A DNA stretch of 56,528 nt. It comes from Minisyncoccota bacterium (GTDB lineage: Bacteria > Patescibacteriota > Minisyncoccia > Phycocordibacterales > UBA9973). The translations under genes and the position numbers were made by a program. How positions within the stretch are numbered: position 1 is the stretch's first letter; every line of letters starts with the position of its first letter. The stretch spans positions 1 to 56,528 of the forward strand of contig JBAZSF010000005.1 of assembly GCA_041662525.1 (NCBI GenBank), written 5' to 3'. Under the pieces are notes generated by a model. That model was not told where the DNA came from and searched no databases. It saw nothing but the letters and a program-made list of their open reading frames with translations. Positions 54,166 to 56,528 of the stretch are shown here, one piece after another.

Positions 54166-55056
54166 ATGAAGAAATTTTTAAAAATATTTATACCTCTTAT
54201 TTTTGTTGGTATATTAGTATATCAATTTCACCCTGCTTTTAATTTACAGTTTTTGCCTGTTTTGGATAATTTAAAGAATAATATCAGTGGAGTTTTTGTA
54301 AAAGCTCCTTGTGATGAACCGATACCTTATAATCTTGGCACTTTTGATACACAATTCAATATTTCAAAAAGTTATTTTTTGAGCGCACTTGCTGAAGCAG
54401 AAGCCATTTGGGAAAAACCCCTTGGTAAACAGCTTTTTATTTATGAAGTAGAAAATCTCGCATCAGATGTTTTAAAGATTAATTTAATTTATGATTATAG
54501 ACAACAAGCAACGAGCAAACTAGAGAGTCTTGGGATTGCTGTAAAAAACGACCAAGCTTCTTATGAGATGTTGAAAGCCAAGTTCACCGCCCTAAAAATA
54601 CAATATGATCAAGAAAAAAAAGCTTACGATGCACAAGTGAATACCTTTAATCGAGGGGGCAGGACTAATGTAGTAGAATTTGAAAGTTTGCAAAATAAAC
54701 AGAAAAATTTAAATAATAAAGTGGATGAAATAAATGCGCTCGTAGTGGCATTAAATCGTCTTGTTGCTATATTAAATATATCAGTAAATCAATATAATAC
54801 GATAAATGGAGCACGTGGGGAAAGTTTTGAAGAAGGTGTATATACTAGTGACGGTTCAGATAGTCAAATAGATATTTATGAGTTCAGTTCTAGGGCCAAG
54901 CTCGTGCGGGTGCTCGCACACGAGCTTGGCCATGCTTTAGGCCTCGACCATGCGGAAGACTCAAAAGCAATAATGTATAGCTTAAACCAAAGCAAAAGTT
55001 TGACCCTTGCGCAGGCTGACCTCGATGCTCTTAAAACAAGGTGTGGAATTAAATAA
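54166..55056 (+). CDS. Matrixin-family (M10) zinc metalloprotease with a coiled-coil insert
   Basis: HELGHALGLDH zinc motif; AIMY Met-turn. Confidence 0.88.
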   Translation: MKKFLKIFIPLIFVGILVYQFHPAFNLQFLPVLDNLKNNISGVFVKAPCDEPIPYNLGTFDTQFNISKSYFLSALAEAEAIWEKPLGKQLFIYEVENLASDVLKINLIYDYRQQATSKLESLGIAVKNDQASYEMLKAKFTALKIQYDQEKKAYDAQVNTFNRGGRTNVVEFESLQNKQKNLNNKVDEINALVVALNRLVAILNISVNQYNTINGARGESFEEGVYTSDGSDSQIDIYEFSSRAKLVRVLAHELGHALGLDHAEDSKAIMYSLNQSKSLTLAQADLDALKTRCGIK

Positions 55057-55126
55057 CTGTGAATTAATGGTAAATTTAACAATTAGGGTTATAATTTAAA
55101 TATTATTAGCTAAATTTATTAATTTT

Positions 55127-55279
55127 ATGCTTACAACAATCGCAATAGTTTTATTGGTTCTATGGGCATTAGGTTTTTTTGGTGGTTTTGTGATAAATGG
55201 ATTTATTCACCTTCTTTTGGTGATAGCAGTTATACTGTTTTTGATTAGGGTTATCCGTGGAGAGAATCCATTGAAATAA
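55127..55279 (+). CDS. lmo0937-family small membrane protein (not in the ORF track)
   Basis: MLTTIAIVLLVLWALGFFGGFVINGFIHLLLVIAVILFLIRVIRGENPLK. Confidence 0.85.
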   Translation: MLTTIAIVLLVLWALGFFGGFVINGFIHLLLVIAVILFLIRVIRGENPLK

Positions 55280-55286
55280 TTACAAT

Positions 55287-55508
55287 TTGCAATATATTCA
55301 TGTAAAAGTTAAAGCTGGTGTCAGAAAAGAGTCTTTTGTTCAAAAAACAAAAGACTCTTTTGAAATTTCAGTTCGAGAAAAGAGAGAGCGTAATATGGCA
55401 AATACTCGCGTCCTAGAGCTCGTAGCAGGACATTTTAAAGTTTCATTAAATAAAGTTCGTATAGTAAACGGTCATCATCATCCAAGTAAACTAATGGTTA
55501 TAGATTAA
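55287..55508 (+). CDS. DUF167 (YggU-like) protein
   Basis: VKVKAG, ISVREKRERNMAN, VRIVNGHHHPSK; TTG start. Confidence 0.85.
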   Translation: MQYIHVKVKAGVRKESFVQKTKDSFEISVREKRERNMANTRVLELVAGHFKVSLNKVRIVNGHHHPSKLMVID

Positions 55509-55522
55509 TTTCGTGAATTTAT

Positions 55523-55639
55523 AAACTCGTCGTAGGCGCAGTTTTCTGGAAGCATTGCGCAGGCTGACGAGCCGAGCATAGCAAAAAATCAGCAGATTTT
55601 TATGTGCGCTGACAGAAAACTTGTGCCAAGAAAGAGTTT
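55523..55639. repeat. Structured intergenic element with long terminal inverted repeats
   Basis: GGCGCAGTTTTCTG 55535-55548 / CAGAAAACTTGTGCC 55613-55627; outer AAACTC/GAGTTT; inner AAAAATC-agca-GATTTTT. Confidence 0.6.
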
Positions 55640-55673
55640 CGAAATTCAAAGCAATTTATGTTATACTCATACA

Positions 55674-55889
55674 ATGTTTCAAAATTTTTTACTTAAAAAA
55701 ATGCTTCGGACCCAAGGGGTACCGGAAGCGCAGATCGGGATGTTTATCGCCATGATCGAGAAAAATCCTGAGCTTTTTAAAACTATTGCCACTGAAATAC
55801 AAGAAAAAGTAAAAGGGGGGATGGGCCAGATGGAGGCAGGTATGGAAGTAATGAAAAAATACGAGCAAGAACTAAAAAAATTAGTGTAA
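55674..55889 (+). CDS. Small helical hypothetical protein
   Basis: Start re-assigned to 55674, 6 nt after TGtTATACT. Confidence 0.65.
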   Translation: MFQNFLLKKMLRTQGVPEAQIGMFIAMIEKNPELFKTIATEIQEKVKGGMGQMEAGMEVMKKYEQELKKLV

Positions 55890-55909
55890 AAAAACTGAAG
55901 TATTTTTAT

Positions 55910-56392
55910 TTAATAACCAAAATTTGAGCAAGGTACTTCAGGAAGACTGAGAGTACCTTTTTCTTGATTCACGCTCGCTGTATTTTTTCCTAAAATTATT
56001 TTGACTTTTTCTGTGTCGGTAACACCAGTAAAAGTAAACCAATCTAGATCAATAGTTCGGGTCATCGTATTTTGATCAAATACCCCCACTACACCTTTGA
56101 CCTCTCCTGTTCTTGGATCTTCTTCAGCCGGTAATAAATTTAGTTCACCTATTACTTGTTCTCCATTTAAAATTAAACGCAAAGTATATTTATCAGAATT
56201 CCCATTACTATTCGAAGTGCTAAATTTTGCAAAGCAAAATTCTTCCTGCGCTACATCTTTTTTATTTGTAACATTAATATTTTTTTCAACCATTTTAGTA
56301 ATCACTGGCGCTACTACTTCTTTATTCTTAAGAAAATAAAAGATTCCAAAAACGACACCTACGATAATAATGAAAGACAGTATTTTTTTCAT
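55910..56392 (-). CDS. Membrane-anchored hypothetical protein
   Basis: N-terminal TM segment and a beta-rich soluble domain. Confidence 0.6.
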   Translation of the reverse strand: MKKILSFIIIVGVVFGIFYFLKNKEVVAPVITKMVEKNINVTNKKDVAQEEFCFAKFSTSNSNGNSDKYTLRLILNGEQVIGELNLLPAEEDPRTGEVKGVVGVFDQNTMTRTIDLDWFTFTGVTDTEKVKIILGKNTASVNQEKGTLSLPEVPCSNFGY

Positions 56393-56528
56393 CTGCCCAT
56401 TATAACATTTTTTATACCTTAAATAAAAAAATAATTATAAATCAAACTTTTTTCGGTACAGATTTTTCAAAAAAAATTCTGTCTTAAAAAATATTGAAGT
56501 TCAGGCGCCGTCGCGCTCGAAACCCCTT

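Noticed and set aside
1743-56339. Many 60-150 aa ORFs antisense to or nested in long genes
   Set aside because: Shadow ORFs of well-supported genes, with no motifs, promoters or SDs of their own.
56490-56528. GC-rich end of the window as an RNA gene or CDS end
   Set aside because: Truncated by the window edge; no tRNA, tmRNA or RNase P signature recognisable in 39 nt.

Overview
AT-rich chromosome segment using the standard genetic code (TGA is a stop). Gene content, promoter style and rRNA sequence suggest a Patescibacteria/CPR (Parcubacteria-like) bacterium; this is inference. The window starts in the 3' part of a 23S rRNA gene that carries a 298-nt ORF-less group I intron, followed by 5S rRNA. 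It then runs through housekeeping genes (rodA, folD, secDF, lemA-htpX, gatCA, prfB, ftsEX, pyrG, pgl-zwf, rnj, secG, ychF, leuS, murJ), six tRNAs, a mazEF pair and a csoR-copA copper operon. Three things stand out. (1) A solo Cas2/PaaX-like gene and a C39-like peptidase gene sit between three copies of a 20-bp palindrome, forming a two-gene array with no cas1 or CRISPR array in the window. (2) Several families of short GC-rich palindromes are inserted in frame inside housekeeping proteins (FolD, HtpX, RF2, RNase J, a methyltransferase, LeuRS, MurJ and others). (3) A cobalamin riboswitch with a terminator/antiterminator controls a DUF4430 protein and a DUF4430-like plus alpha-barrel protein, a transcobalamin-like domain pairing. 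Also seen: a second, distant CsoR operator, a NUDIX domain inside LeuRS, shortened YchF and RF2, several small ORFs below the track cutoff, and many apparently leaderless promoters. All product calls come from motif recognition by eye; no database searches or folding programs were run.
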